A model generated the notes under the pieces. That model made no database searches. It saw only the letters and a program-made list of their open reading frames with translations, and was not told the origin of the DNA. 64,000 bases of DNA, from assembly GCA_050010435.1 (NCBI GenBank), contig JBEKKZ010000012.1, forward strand, positions 7,690 through 71,689, given 5' to 3'. The position numbers and the translations under genes are program-made. Every line of letters starts with the position of its first letter. Within the stretch, counting starts at the first letter, position 1. The DNA is from Verrucomicrobiota bacterium. GTDB lineage: Bacteria; Verrucomicrobiota; Verrucomicrobiia; Limisphaerales; UBA11358. Below, in pieces: positions 46,601 to 55,113 of the stretch.

Positions 46601-48226
46601 AATAACATAGTAATACGTCGTCCCGTTGAGCACATTCGTATCGGTGTAACTCGTGCTGGCCGTGTTGGCAATGGTTGTTTCAGTGCCGGTGGATGTGGAG
46701 CGTTTTACGTTGTAGCTGGTTGCGCCAGCAGACGTTGTCCAGGTCAAAATTATCGGCCCGAAGTTATAATTGGTAACGGGCAATAAGATGGTTGGTGCAG
46801 GAGAAAACAGCGGCATGGCGCTCGCTTCCGCAGAATTTGCACTCTCGCCGCCGATGTTCAGGGCTGAAACAACAAAGTAATTCATCGTCCCGTCGATGAC
46901 ATTCGTATCGGTATAACTCGTGATCGTGCCGCCTGTGTTGGTAATGGTTGTGTAAGGTCCGCCGCTGGACATGGCGTGTTTTATGTTGTAATTCGTCGCG
47001 CCAGGACTTGTAACCCACATCAAAATGACTTGTCCATAACCCGCTGTCGCGGTCAGTCCCGCCGGCGGGGCAGGGGACGGGGGCGGGGGCGGGGCCAGGC
47101 TGGCGCCCGTAACCTTGCGGATGATGTGGTAATAGACTTCCGTTGTGTAAAGCGAGCCATCGGGTGCCATCACAACACCAAAAGGCAGGCGGCTTTGCAC
47201 ATTGGGCGCGATGGAGTCGGGAACAGATACGGTTCCGTCATACCAGCCAGGATAAGAGCCTCCCCAGTATTTTGAAGTAACGCCGTAGAGGTTGGTGACA
47301 ACCCCGCTGGTCAACACCGCCTTGACGCGATTATTGCCATAGTCGGTTACAATCAAGGTTCCGTCACCTGCTTCCGCCACGCACATCGGCTGGTTGAACT
47401 TGGCTGTGGTGCTGGAGGCGATATTATTGCCATTGGTGGTAAAGTCACCCGTGCCATGAAAGCCGGCATTGGTGGTGACAACACCCGTGGCTGGGTTAAT
47501 CAAATAAATTCCATTCCGGCCGGAGTCGCACGCGGCAATCAGGCCGTTGTGCTTGACGACGATGCCTTGCAGGGAGGTTCCGGCATTGGGGATGGTGGCA
47601 ATGGTGGTCCGATTGGTGGTGCCGGCGGCTATGCGGATGAGCTTGTTGCTTTGAACCGTCACGTAAATGTTGCCAGCGCTGTCCAACGCCATGCCTGCGG
47701 CATTGGTGAGCCTGACGGCATTGGTGGCCCACGCATCCCCCCAATTGTCGAAAGTGACGACCGAACCGTTGGTTACATTTCCGCGATTAAGGACATAGAC
47801 GTTATAATCAGTGTCAACGGCAACCGCAATGGGCTTATTGATCAAATTGGTGTAGGTAACACCAAAGGTCCAGGTCCAGCCCGCCACCAGATCAAGGTAA
47901 CGAATGGCGCTGTTATCCCGGTCGGCAACAAACAAGTATTGGCCGGTGCTGTCCAAGGCAAGGCCGCAAGGTGTGTGGAAAAGCGCCTGGTTGAGCGTGA
48001 TGCCATCCTCGTAGCCGAGATATTTCGGGTTTACGTGGGGGTTGCCGCCGCCCAGTGTGGTCACGTTCACGCCGGTAGGGATGGCAAAAAGGTTGGCGGC
48101 GGCCAGCAGCAACGCGGCCATTACAATGACGCCCCGCGACTGCGGGATGAAAGGCGCTTGCCCGAAGGCCCGCCACGCGCGCTTGAGAATTACAGTTCTC
48201 ATAAAACAGGTTTGGTTGTTATTCAC
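43667..48226 (-). CDS. Giant secreted protein (1519 aa): NHL-type beta-propeller, 2 Fn3-like domains, CHB_HEX_C-like module, cohesin-like and dockerin/EF-hand-like segments, C-terminal DGIPD..W motif and terminal beta domain
   Basis: Hydrophobic signal VIVMAALLLAAANLFA. NHL-like repeats (P.GLALDSTGQYLFVADRDNSAIRYL). APPAGLTATAGYGQVILMWVTSPGATNYNIK is Fn3-like. WYTIDGTVPT...FQARAFRSGYLPS. GDFGSSNIVNADVEQVF and GDGVLDVCDVYVTFRRSL. DGIPDLWRLRWFG. Ends RFYRVQILR. Confidence 0.8.
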   Translation of the reverse strand: MNNNQTCFMRTVILKRAWRAFGQAPFIPQSRGVIVMAALLLAAANLFAIPTGVNVTTLGGGNPHVNPKYLGYEDGITLNQALFHTPCGLALDSTGQYLFVADRDNSAIRYLDLVAGWTWTFGVTYTNLINKPIAVAVDTDYNVYVLNRGNVTNGSVVTFDNWGDAWATNAVRLTNAAGMALDSAGNIYVTVQSNKLIRIAAGTTNRTTIATIPNAGTSLQGIVVKHNGLIAACDSGRNGIYLINPATGVVTTNAGFHGTGDFTTNGNNIASSTTAKFNQPMCVAEAGDGTLIVTDYGNNRVKAVLTSGVVTNLYGVTSKYWGGSYPGWYDGTVSVPDSIAPNVQSRLPFGVVMAPDGSLYTTEVYYHIIRKVTGASLAPPPPPSPAPPAGLTATAGYGQVILMWVTSPGATNYNIKHAMSSGGPYTTITNTGGTITSYTDTNVIDGTMNYFVVSALNIGGESANSAEASAMPLFSPAPTILLPVTNYNFGPIILTWTTSAGATSYNVKRSTSTGTETTIANTASTSYTDTNVLNGTTYYYVISALNGGGEGTNSLEVSYTPPIPPPPAPRIGWFDVELDTSSDRFWTVLHPVSILVFNNDVNIAIDPTVAGVNTYYTVDSSVPSVTNEFSPPAYRDHDYDYSSDLPLNVTIVPDLVIKAVNVNGGTNGVRGPVTTAEFLFQVGNPTINGNNGAQFTVSDITTNVALWYTIDGTVPTNAPPSIWGGTITNGLPVTLSIAMSSTSSNILFQARAFRSGYLPSGIASQTFTAANYLPNTISFGFASGEASSDFVASPGQFFYAPVTLTTMPSVVIYSLQFNITVTNLGPIAVPGLFWFTSMLEKPDPANPGFFLDIPTWAFVSSGTNPPPASDIDVFRYQGDWYQDLQFINGNLLGVGWIERYGATNLYITKSQDLITYSRAHDVMYPNAAYPDEVELGAYGLLIPRAATTNDVYQIQIGRPSATSDGVGAPGSDVYIAAPTNGSTAGGSPINALKNITIGQRKYIVGSVYPFRWFNAGDFGSSNIVNADVEQVFEAAAYGLNGPLDGSDFFDGMDSCGNIGVLDSDPADANNGYYTNTFAYPTRPPVFTYSVTYTAIDYDTNGVPISTNVTPVTVWQPLYLTTYYVNEVSTIAYIQPSTSIPPAYSTNLVFVTNTVYFPTIPASLNTLFDGDDTAINQIAFGDGVLDVCDVYVTFRRSLDPSLTWFRRFWNNGQRVADTGAPNVAAHAASKILITSKSLSAQSAAQSSATTLPQVNFTAGDIVGSAGRTVQIPINATIFGNYPLRVLMLNLNVTPLDGSPALTSAVQFTPNAALGDPYTTDSKGNGNSSAVWLDNTISGLTGTANIGTLTVTIPTNTTSLSAYAIHFDHASASPNGIASFPKQTLTGVITLSSRTNSSYGDGIPDLWRLRWFGTVNNLLSVSNACPSGDGINNWQKYVAGVDPNTPNDFPSLNCKTPVPAGATAAIHWPTVSGKQYVILSSSSLFPGSWSAIATNTGTGTDMEFDDTTTSQTRFYRVQILR

Positions 48227-48278
48227 CGCTCACAAGGAATTTTGGTTTGCCGATGGGATGAACATTGGTTTAAGGCGG

Positions 48279-50384
48279 CTATTTTTTATCAAATTCACCC
48301 GGCACGGGGACGGGGTTGCTCCAATCGCCACGCGGTTGGGCGCCGTCCCAGATGGTGTTCGGGTTCATGGGAGATTTCATTGTGTTCGGTCGGGACTTGA
48401 GAAAATCGGTTGAGCTTGGTTGGAAATCGGTCTCTTTGACGATTGTGGGCGTGATGAAGATCAGGAGATTATCCTTGGCCAGTGATTTATTTTCGCTTCG
48501 GAAGGCCCAACCCAGGCCGGGGATGTCGCCGAGAACAGGCACTTTGGTATATTGAGCGTTTGGGCTGTCCTGTACCAGTCCGCCCATGACGAGTGTGTTG
48601 GCATTGGGAATCAGGACCTGGGTTTCGATGTGGCGAGCGTCAAATATGTCAGCCGTGTAAGTTTGGTTTGCGATGGTTTGCTGGTTGATGCCAAAATGGC
48701 TTGATACATCAGGCACCACCTTGAGCCAAATATAGTCGTTGGCGGAGATGCGCGGAGTGACTTGCAGAACAGTGCCAATATTGGAGTAGGTGATCGAGGA
48801 GCCGCCAGTAGTATTAGCAGTGCTTGCTACGACATTGATAACAGGCCAGCCGCGGGTGACAGAAATCGTTGCGGTTTCATTGTCCAGTGTTACAAGGCGC
48901 GGAGTGGAAACGATCTGCGCTTCTTTTGAAGCATTTAAGTAGGAGAGCACGGCATGCACGCCATCGGCGTTGAGGAACCCGATGCCCGGCGTGAAACCGG
49001 TAAGGGTATTCAGCGCCAATCCGCCGGGGTTGCCCGAAAGCTGGGGCACCGTGGTCAGGAGGGTGCTGCTGCTGGAGCCGGGCGTGCTGCCGCCAGTATA
49101 TCCGCCCCCAGGCGTGGGGGCGCCCGAGGACGTGCCCGGGAATGTTGTCGCTGTTGACGATCTTGACGGATCCACCAACCCATTGCCGAAACTGATGTTT
49201 TGCGCCGCCAGCGTGCCTGACCAATCAACGCCTTTCGTCGTGGAGGGGTTGCTGGAGATTTCGACCAGTTTTGTTTCAATCAACACCTGTCGTGTGGGTT
49301 TGTCGAGTTGGTTGACAAGCGCGTCCAATGCTTCCTGCTCATTCTCGGTGGCCACAATGACTATTTGGCTGGTGCGCGTGTCCGGCAATACTTTGCTGCG
49401 CTTGTCAGAGAACGAAGCCTGGATCGAGCTCACCATGTTCGACGTGCTGGCCCATTTGAGTTGAACAACGCGGGTAATGAGCGGCGGTGGTGCCGTAGGG
49501 TCTTTGGCGGTGATGCGGGCAATCTGGGACTTGCGATCTTCATTGAGTTGCAAACCGTAGTTGTCGAGCAGCGCCATGAGGGCTTGCTCGGCGGTGACAT
49601 TTTCCCAACGGATGGAAAGGGTGGGTTCGGCTTTGATCTGTCCGTTTTGGTCAGGCTGGCCATAACCGATTTTCGGATCAATCAGGTAATTGATTCCCGC
49701 CTGCCGGGCCAGATTTTCAATGGCGGTGGTAATCGGAACGTCCTGGAATTGGATTAACGGTATGCTCGGAGGTTCTAGAGGCTGAGGTTTGGCAGCGCCG
49801 GTGGTTTCATTGCTGGTGGTCACAGTACTGGTGGTTACACCGCTGGTGGTCGTACTGGGAGACTCAAGAGCGCTGGCCACGGGTGACGTCGGCGGAGTGG
49901 CGGCGCTGGCGCCGGTGGTTTCATTGCTGGTAGTCACAGTACTGGTGGTTACACTGCTGGTGGTCGTACTGGGAGACTCAGGAGCGCTGACCACGGGTGC
50001 CGTCGGCGGAGTGGCGGCGCTGGCGCCGGTGGTTTCATTGCTGGTGGTCACAGTACTGGTGGTTACACTGCTGGTGGTCGTACTGGGAGACTCAGGAGCG
50101 CTGACCACGGGTGCCGTCGGCGGAGTGGCGGCGCTGGTGCTGGCGGGCTCGTTGGTGCTGGTCACACTGGGAGATTCGTTTGCGGTGACCGCGGGTGCCG
50201 TCGGCGGATTGGCGGTACTCGTCCCGATGCTTTGATTGGTGTCGGTGGCGATGGCGGGCTGATTCGCGGGCGCAACCTGGTCCGTGGTGACTGGGTTGGT
50301 CACAATGGTATCAGTTTGGGACAGTGCCCCCTGCTGCCAAATAAGGCATCCCAGCAGTGTGGCAATTAGCATTTTTGATTTCAT
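48279..50384 (-). CDS. pilQ: Secretin (PilQ/GspD family) with Ser/Thr/Pro-rich repeat N-terminus
   Basis: The C-terminal secretin domain is VPVLGDIPGLGWAFRSENKSLAKDNLLIFITPTIV. N0/N1-like FQDVPITTAIENLARQAGINYLIDP. Start set at the ATG at 50384, preceded by GGAGG. Downstream of pilMNOP. Confidence 0.85.
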   Translation of the reverse strand: MKSKMLIATLLGCLIWQQGALSQTDTIVTNPVTTDQVAPANQPAIATDTNQSIGTSTANPPTAPAVTANESPSVTSTNEPASTSAATPPTAPVVSAPESPSTTTSSVTTSTVTTSNETTGASAATPPTAPVVSAPESPSTTTSSVTTSTVTTSNETTGASAATPPTSPVASALESPSTTTSGVTTSTVTTSNETTGAAKPQPLEPPSIPLIQFQDVPITTAIENLARQAGINYLIDPKIGYGQPDQNGQIKAEPTLSIRWENVTAEQALMALLDNYGLQLNEDRKSQIARITAKDPTAPPPLITRVVQLKWASTSNMVSSIQASFSDKRSKVLPDTRTSQIVIVATENEQEALDALVNQLDKPTRQVLIETKLVEISSNPSTTKGVDWSGTLAAQNISFGNGLVDPSRSSTATTFPGTSSGAPTPGGGYTGGSTPGSSSSTLLTTVPQLSGNPGGLALNTLTGFTPGIGFLNADGVHAVLSYLNASKEAQIVSTPRLVTLDNETATISVTRGWPVINVVASTANTTGGSSITYSNIGTVLQVTPRISANDYIWLKVVPDVSSHFGINQQTIANQTYTADIFDARHIETQVLIPNANTLVMGGLVQDSPNAQYTKVPVLGDIPGLGWAFRSENKSLAKDNLLIFITPTIVKETDFQPSSTDFLKSRPNTMKSPMNPNTIWDGAQPRGDWSNPVPVPGEFDKK
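49797..50138. repeat. 114-bp tandem repeat x3 (plus a degenerate 4th) encoding a 38-aa S/T/P-rich unit in the secretin N-terminus
   Basis: GCCGGTGGTTTCATTGCTGGT... recurs at 49797, 49911 and 50025. The protein unit is SAATPPTAPVVSAPESPSTTTSSVTTSTVTTSNETTGA. Confidence 0.9.
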
Positions 50385-50591
50385 ACCTTTACCTCCGGTC
50401 TGGCTCTGATTCATTCTAATTATGTTAAACATGCGTTGTAAAATTTGGTGGCGTCCGGTCTTTTGACAGTCGCCGTTTGGCTGCGTCCAATGAGATAAGA
50501 AGGTTCCGTGCCAGCAAGCGGCTTATTTTGAAAAAGATTTGTCCAGGCCGGCTGGTTGGGAACGAATGTTGTCGCATACATATTTTTGGTT

Positions 50592-51035
50592 TCAGCGGTT
50601 GTTTGCGTAGTTCAGCTCGTGACGCTGTCCGCCAGATTCAATCACCACGGAACGGGCCTTGATTTCAACGCAGTGAATGTGAATCGGGCCTTGGGGAGTG
50701 ACAAGGGTTTCCTCGTCGCCGACACCAAAGGTGTGATTATTGATAATGACCAGCCGATGATTTGGCGGGCCGGAAATGCCTTTTAAGACGAGCGATGACA
50801 CGTCACCGGCATGGGGTCGAGTTGCCGATACGGTTTCATACGGCCGGGTGGAATTGGGGAAAAATGGATCGCGCCCATCTTTCGAATTCGTGGGAATGAC
50901 GAAGACCGAACGTGACACCACCTCCGGCGCGGCGGGTTGGGCAACGGGGGCTGCCGCCACTGGCAACACCATTACAAACCCGGCTGAGAGCCACGCCGCC
51001 ACCGCGCTTTTGCTGGAATTAACGCACCAGTTCAT
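50592..51035 (-). CDS. Small secreted protein, PilP-like by position and RDPF motif
   Basis: N-terminal hydrophobic signal, GRDPFFP motif, beta-rich C-terminus. Located between pilO and pilQ. Confidence 0.45.
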   Translation of the reverse strand: MNWCVNSSKSAVAAWLSAGFVMVLPVAAAPVAQPAAPEVVSRSVFVIPTNSKDGRDPFFPNSTRPYETVSATRPHAGDVSSLVLKGISGPPNHRLVIINNHTFGVGDEETLVTPQGPIHIHCVEIKARSVVIESGGQRHELNYANNR

Positions 51036-51039
51036 TTGA

Positions 51040-51615
51040 TTATGAGGGGTTGGGTTTCACCAATGTGATGATTTCCATTCTAAATGAAAGTTTCTCGCTA
51101 TTACTGTCCGGACTGGGAGCAGGTTCGACTACAAGATGGACCATCCGGGAGTGTGGAAAGCTATTTTCGAAGTCGGCAATAAATTTGCCCAAGTCGTGAT
51201 AATAAACCGTGCCATTAATGGCAAATTGGATTTGTTTGTAGGGAAAAGACGGCAGCAAATCCGACTCGCCAATCGTCGGATGGCCGACTTCCGGGATTTC
51301 CACTCTATACGATTGTTTGAAGTGGCGGAGGGTGTCATAAGTCCAGGAATAAAGATCGCCTGAAGCCATATCCTCTTCGGCAAGTGCAAGCGCATAGGTT
51401 GTTTCGTTCCACTCATTCGCTATCGCTTCGGAATTTGTAATAGCATGCTTGATGCTTTGAAGTTTGGTGTCCGCGCCTTTTCTGGCCTTCGCGATTGCGG
51501 AGAGGGAGTCATACTGGGGCCGGATCAAACCGAAACCAATCAGTGCCAGTATCGCCAGCGTGACGAGGATGACAGTGATGAGTTGATTGCGTTTTTCTCT
51601 GGATAACTTTTTCAT
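51040..51615 (-). CDS. pilO: PilO-like type IV pilus biogenesis protein
   Basis: MKKLSREKRNQLITVILVTLAILALIGFGLI is a single TM segment, followed by coiled-coil and ferredoxin-like regions. ATGA overlap with the pilN stop (51612-51615). Confidence 0.6.
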   Translation of the reverse strand: MKKLSREKRNQLITVILVTLAILALIGFGLIRPQYDSLSAIAKARKGADTKLQSIKHAITNSEAIANEWNETTYALALAEEDMASGDLYSWTYDTLRHFKQSYRVEIPEVGHPTIGESDLLPSFPYKQIQFAINGTVYYHDLGKFIADFENSFPHSRMVHLVVEPAPSPDSNSEKLSFRMEIITLVKPNPS

Positions 51616-52280
51616 CGGGCGTACTCCGGAAAATTGCATTTCAAAGTGAACAACACACACGGTTTGCCATCAACTGCCTGCGGCGCCGACAAATTGATTA
51701 ATTGAACCCCATTTGTTTTGTTCAACGTCGCTTTGAAATAAGATTGATTGGCCACGGCTTCCTTGAATTTATTGACCTGGTCTCCGGGGTTTGCGCTGGA
51801 ATCCCGCGCGTCAAGCCATACGACGATTTTTTCCGTCAACGTGCTGGGGCGTCCCAAGATGACACCATTCTTATTGGTCTGCGACGGCGTTCCTGCCGTG
51901 TAAAAATAATCCTGGTCCACCTTCAGCCGTGCCAGTCGCACGCCGTCCACGGTGACCTGTTGCAGCGCATTGAGCAGATTGCCCTGCAGAAAACGGCTGT
52001 TGGTCATTTTTTTCAACGCATTCAGCTTTTCTTTCGCGGCGGCGGTTTTTTTCTGGTCTGTCAGCACGCGTTGAAAATCATTGGTGCGCTGCGCAATCTC
52101 CGTTTGCTTGTCGAACACTGTCTTTTTGGCCAGCATGGTTTCGAGCTGGAGCGAACTGCTCCAGACCAGCGTTACTGCCACAGCCAGCGCCCCCACAAAA
52201 ATCACGCGCTTGACGGGATCGTGCCGGCGCAATTCTTCCGCGGCCTTGGCCTCCGCCAGCAAATTGATGCGAATCGGCAT
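51612..52280 (-). CDS. pilN: PilN (fimbrial assembly) family protein
   Basis: N-terminal MPIRINLLAE carries the INLL motif. It is followed by a TM segment and coiled coil. Confidence 0.8.
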   Translation of the reverse strand: MPIRINLLAEAKAAEELRRHDPVKRVIFVGALAVAVTLVWSSSLQLETMLAKKTVFDKQTEIAQRTNDFQRVLTDQKKTAAAKEKLNALKKMTNSRFLQGNLLNALQQVTVDGVRLARLKVDQDYFYTAGTPSQTNKNGVILGRPSTLTEKIVVWLDARDSSANPGDQVNKFKEAVANQSYFKATLNKTNGVQLINLSAPQAVDGKPCVLFTLKCNFPEYAR

Positions 52281-52293
52281 AATTCAATTTCGT

Positions 52294-53367
52294 TCAAAAG
52301 GCCGCCAGCGCGGCGCCAATCGCCACGCTCAATTGCGGTCCAAGCTGTTCAATTTCCACCGCTTGCTGCCCGGGCAGTGCCAGTTGCAAAGACGCCGTCG
52401 GATTCCACGTTTTGCAATCCACGATCAATTCCGTGTGCAACATTTGCAAAATCATCTCCGACCGTGCCGATCCGCCGGTGACATAGATCTGCGACACGGG
52501 GCGGTCCTGCTGGTGTTCAAAGAAGTCAAGGGACGCGCGCAGTTCGCGCCCCAGCGGTTGCACTTGAGCTTCGAGCATGGCTTGGACTTCCGGCGCCATG
52601 CCCACCTTGATGCCCTCGGCTTCGGCGTAGGTGATGTTCATTGCCTCGGCGAGGCCCGCCGTCAATTTGTCGCCGCCGATGTTGACCATGCGGCTCAAGA
52701 CCAATTCACCGCGATCCACCACGCAAACCGAGGAATGTTTGAAACCAATGTCCACCAGCGCGACCGATTCGTTGGCAAACACTTCGGGCAGCGCCAGTTC
52801 AAAAGCGTTCACCGGGCCGATGATCCCGGGCACAATGTGGTCCGGTATCAACCCGGCGTCTTTAATCGCCGTCTGAAAATCGTCAATCAATTGCTGCTTC
52901 ATGCCTGCCACGAGCACTTTCAATTTTGGAATCGAACCCGTTTTGGCGGCCTCGGCGGATTTGCCCTGTGACTTCGGGGGAAAAATGTGGCAATCAAAAA
53001 CATGATTCGGCATGTCCTGCTGCAAATAACCCTTGGTGTTGTTTTTCAACACCATCCGCATTTCATCCACCGGAATCTGCGGCAATTCCACCTGTCGCAC
53101 CACCGTGTCATCCAAACCGATGGCCAGTGTGACCAGCTTGGTTTCCGATCCCAATGCCTCGGCCACGGATTGCAAATGGTCGGTCAGCAATTCGGCGGAA
53201 ATTTTTTTCTCGTAAATCGGGGTGTCGAGCAGCGCGAAACGGGTGAGCGCCAAAAGTTCGCCGCGCCGTTCCAAGAGCACGGCCTTGGTTGTCCGGCCGC
53301 CCAGATCCACCACCATCATCTGGGCCCGTTTTTTCCTTGATAAGCCGTTTAGAAATGACAGCGCCAT
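52294..53367 (-). CDS. pilM: PilM, actin-like type IV pilus assembly ATPase-fold protein
   Basis: MMVVDLGGRTTKAVLLERRGELL..., VDIGFKHSSVCVV, IYVTGGSA. Confidence 0.85.
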   Translation of the reverse strand: MALSFLNGLSRKKRAQMMVVDLGGRTTKAVLLERRGELLALTRFALLDTPIYEKKISAELLTDHLQSVAEALGSETKLVTLAIGLDDTVVRQVELPQIPVDEMRMVLKNNTKGYLQQDMPNHVFDCHIFPPKSQGKSAEAAKTGSIPKLKVLVAGMKQQLIDDFQTAIKDAGLIPDHIVPGIIGPVNAFELALPEVFANESVALVDIGFKHSSVCVVDRGELVLSRMVNIGGDKLTAGLAEAMNITYAEAEGIKVGMAPEVQAMLEAQVQPLGRELRASLDFFEHQQDRPVSQIYVTGGSARSEMILQMLHTELIVDCKTWNPTASLQLALPGQQAVEIEQLGPQLSVAIGAALAAF

Positions 53368-53587
53368 GCGTTGTTGCTTTGTTTATTTTCCCTGTTTCGG
53401 AATTGCGAACGGCAATTCTAATAAAACATTGCATTGGTTGAGCAACTGCCGCGCCAAGTTGGCCGGCCCTGTCAGTCTGCCGTGGAATTCATTGTCCCGC
53501 CAAGTTGAGGTGTCGGAAAATCCGTCAAAACCGCCGTCGTTGTCCCGACCTAAGGCGTGGGGTGTCTCGGAACTTGCCGCGCAGGAC

Positions 53588-54460
53588 TCATGCCAACCGC
53601 TGGGCGCGCAATTTCGTCTCGTTCAAAAACGTCTCCAGCAACGGTGTTTTGCGCCCACGCCACAATGCGCCGATCACCACCGGGGGAAAATCTTTCAGCG
53701 GCAGTGCGTACACTTTTGCCGGCAGCGGCTTTTTCGGAATCGCCACCGACACGCCGATGCCCAGGCCGTTCGCCACATAAGCTTCAATCAAATCCGCCGA
53801 ACTCGCTTCGATGCTCGGAAACCAGTCCACTCCCCGCTTCCGCAACTGCTCCTGAAAAATCCGGGGAATATTCTCCGCCGCCGGCAGGCAGATGAGCGGC
53901 TCGTCAATCTTGTCGCGCCGCCATAATTCCTCCGCCGACTGGATGCCGCTGCTTTTTTCGACAAGCAAAATGAGCGGCAATTCCAGCAACGCCAGCGAGT
54001 GGATTCCCGGCGCCGTTTTCTTTTCAATCAACGTGACGGCCAGATCAATTTCATCCTTGCGGAGCCATTCTTCGAATTGCGCCGGGTAACCTTCGCGCAG
54101 CGACAATTTCAGTCCCGGAAATTTTTTGCGCACGTCCCGGAACAACTCCGGCAGATGTTCGCGCAACACAATCGTCGAGGCGCCGATGCGGATGTGCCGC
54201 GCCTGTCCGCCCTGCAATTCGTCCGCAACTTTTTCGAGGTTCGAGAAAAACGGCCGGATGAATTCGTAAAGTTTTTCGCCTTCCGGCGTCAGCGCAAACG
54301 GCCGCCGCTGAAACAAGGTTACGCCAAGAAATTCTTCGAGCTGCGCGATCTGGGAGCTGACCGCCGGCTGCTGGATGCCGTAGGGAATGTTCCGCACCGC
54401 CGGCATGATGCCACCGTGCTTGGCGACGTAATAAAACAATTCGAGGTGATGAATGTTCAT
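53588..54460 (-). CDS. LysR-family transcriptional regulator
   Basis: MNIHHLELFYYVAKHGGIMPAVRNIPYGIQQPAVSSQIAQLEEFLGVTLFQR is the HTH. It also has a LysR substrate-binding domain. Start set at the ATG at 54460. Confidence 0.9.
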   Translation of the reverse strand: MNIHHLELFYYVAKHGGIMPAVRNIPYGIQQPAVSSQIAQLEEFLGVTLFQRRPFALTPEGEKLYEFIRPFFSNLEKVADELQGGQARHIRIGASTIVLREHLPELFRDVRKKFPGLKLSLREGYPAQFEEWLRKDEIDLAVTLIEKKTAPGIHSLALLELPLILLVEKSSGIQSAEELWRRDKIDEPLICLPAAENIPRIFQEQLRKRGVDWFPSIEASSADLIEAYVANGLGIGVSVAIPKKPLPAKVYALPLKDFPPVVIGALWRGRKTPLLETFLNETKLRAQRLA

Positions 54461-54484
54461 TGAGCCAGCCGATGTTCGGCGCAG

Positions 54485-54500
54485 TTTTATCAATTAACGC
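54485..54500. promoter_or_regulatory. 16-nt motif TTTTATCAATTAACGC, copy 1 (LysR / membrane-gene divergent region)
   Basis: Identical 16-mer at 57337-57352. TATCAA (54489-54494) and TTGATA (54515-54520) form a 6-bp inverted repeat. Confidence 0.35.
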
Positions 54501-54571
54501 TTCAAGGGCAAGATTTGATATTTTTTACCTGATGCAACAACCATAAAACACAACTTCAACCCAAACAAACT

Positions 54572-54946
54572 ATGAAAAAACCGCTAAAGCAACTGCTGTT
54601 CTGGTCACCCAGAATTCTATGTCTTCTGTTTGCCGCGTTCATCAGCATCTTTGCCGCCGACGTGTTTGGCGAGGGCTACGGGTTCTGGAAGACGATTCTG
54701 GCTTTGCTGATCCATCTCATTCCAACGTGGATCGTTCTTATCGTGCTTGCCATCTCCTGGCGTAGGGAATGGGTGGGAGGGATACTGCTCATTGCTCTGG
54801 GGGCGTTATACCTGATCGCGTTCTGGGGACGGTTCCATTGGTCGGCATACCTGTGCATATCCGGTCCCCTGTTTCTCGTGGGCATTCTGTTTTTCCTGAG
54901 TTGGTTCTATCGAAGGGAACTCCGAACAGGCACCTCTGAATCCTGA
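54572..54946 (+). CDS. Small integral membrane protein (4 predicted TM), unknown family
   Basis: MKKPLKQLLFWSPRILCLLFAAFISIF...; four hydrophobic stretches. Divergent from the LysR gene. Confidence 0.6.
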   Translation: MKKPLKQLLFWSPRILCLLFAAFISIFAADVFGEGYGFWKTILALLIHLIPTWIVLIVLAISWRREWVGGILLIALGALYLIAFWGRFHWSAYLCISGPLFLVGILFFLSWFYRRELRTGTSES

Positions 54947-55113
54947 AATTTTTATGGGATGCCAACGGCCTGACAATGCGTACAATCAATGGCAAAAACC
55001 TGCGCCGCCCCGACTTGGGCGCGCGCCATTTTCGGACACCTGAAATGAAACATCTCGTCGCTCAAAAACCTCCCCAAGCCGGCCGAATTACCGAAACACA
55101 GCAACAGGCGGCC

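Noticed and set aside
53368-53587. Promoter or ncRNA in the LysR-pilM gap and the 207-nt pilP-pilQ spacer (50385-50591)
   Set aside because: I could find only weak -35/-10-like hexamers (TTGCTC...TATTAG on the minus strand) and no convincing structure or conserved motif. I left these unannotated rather than guess.
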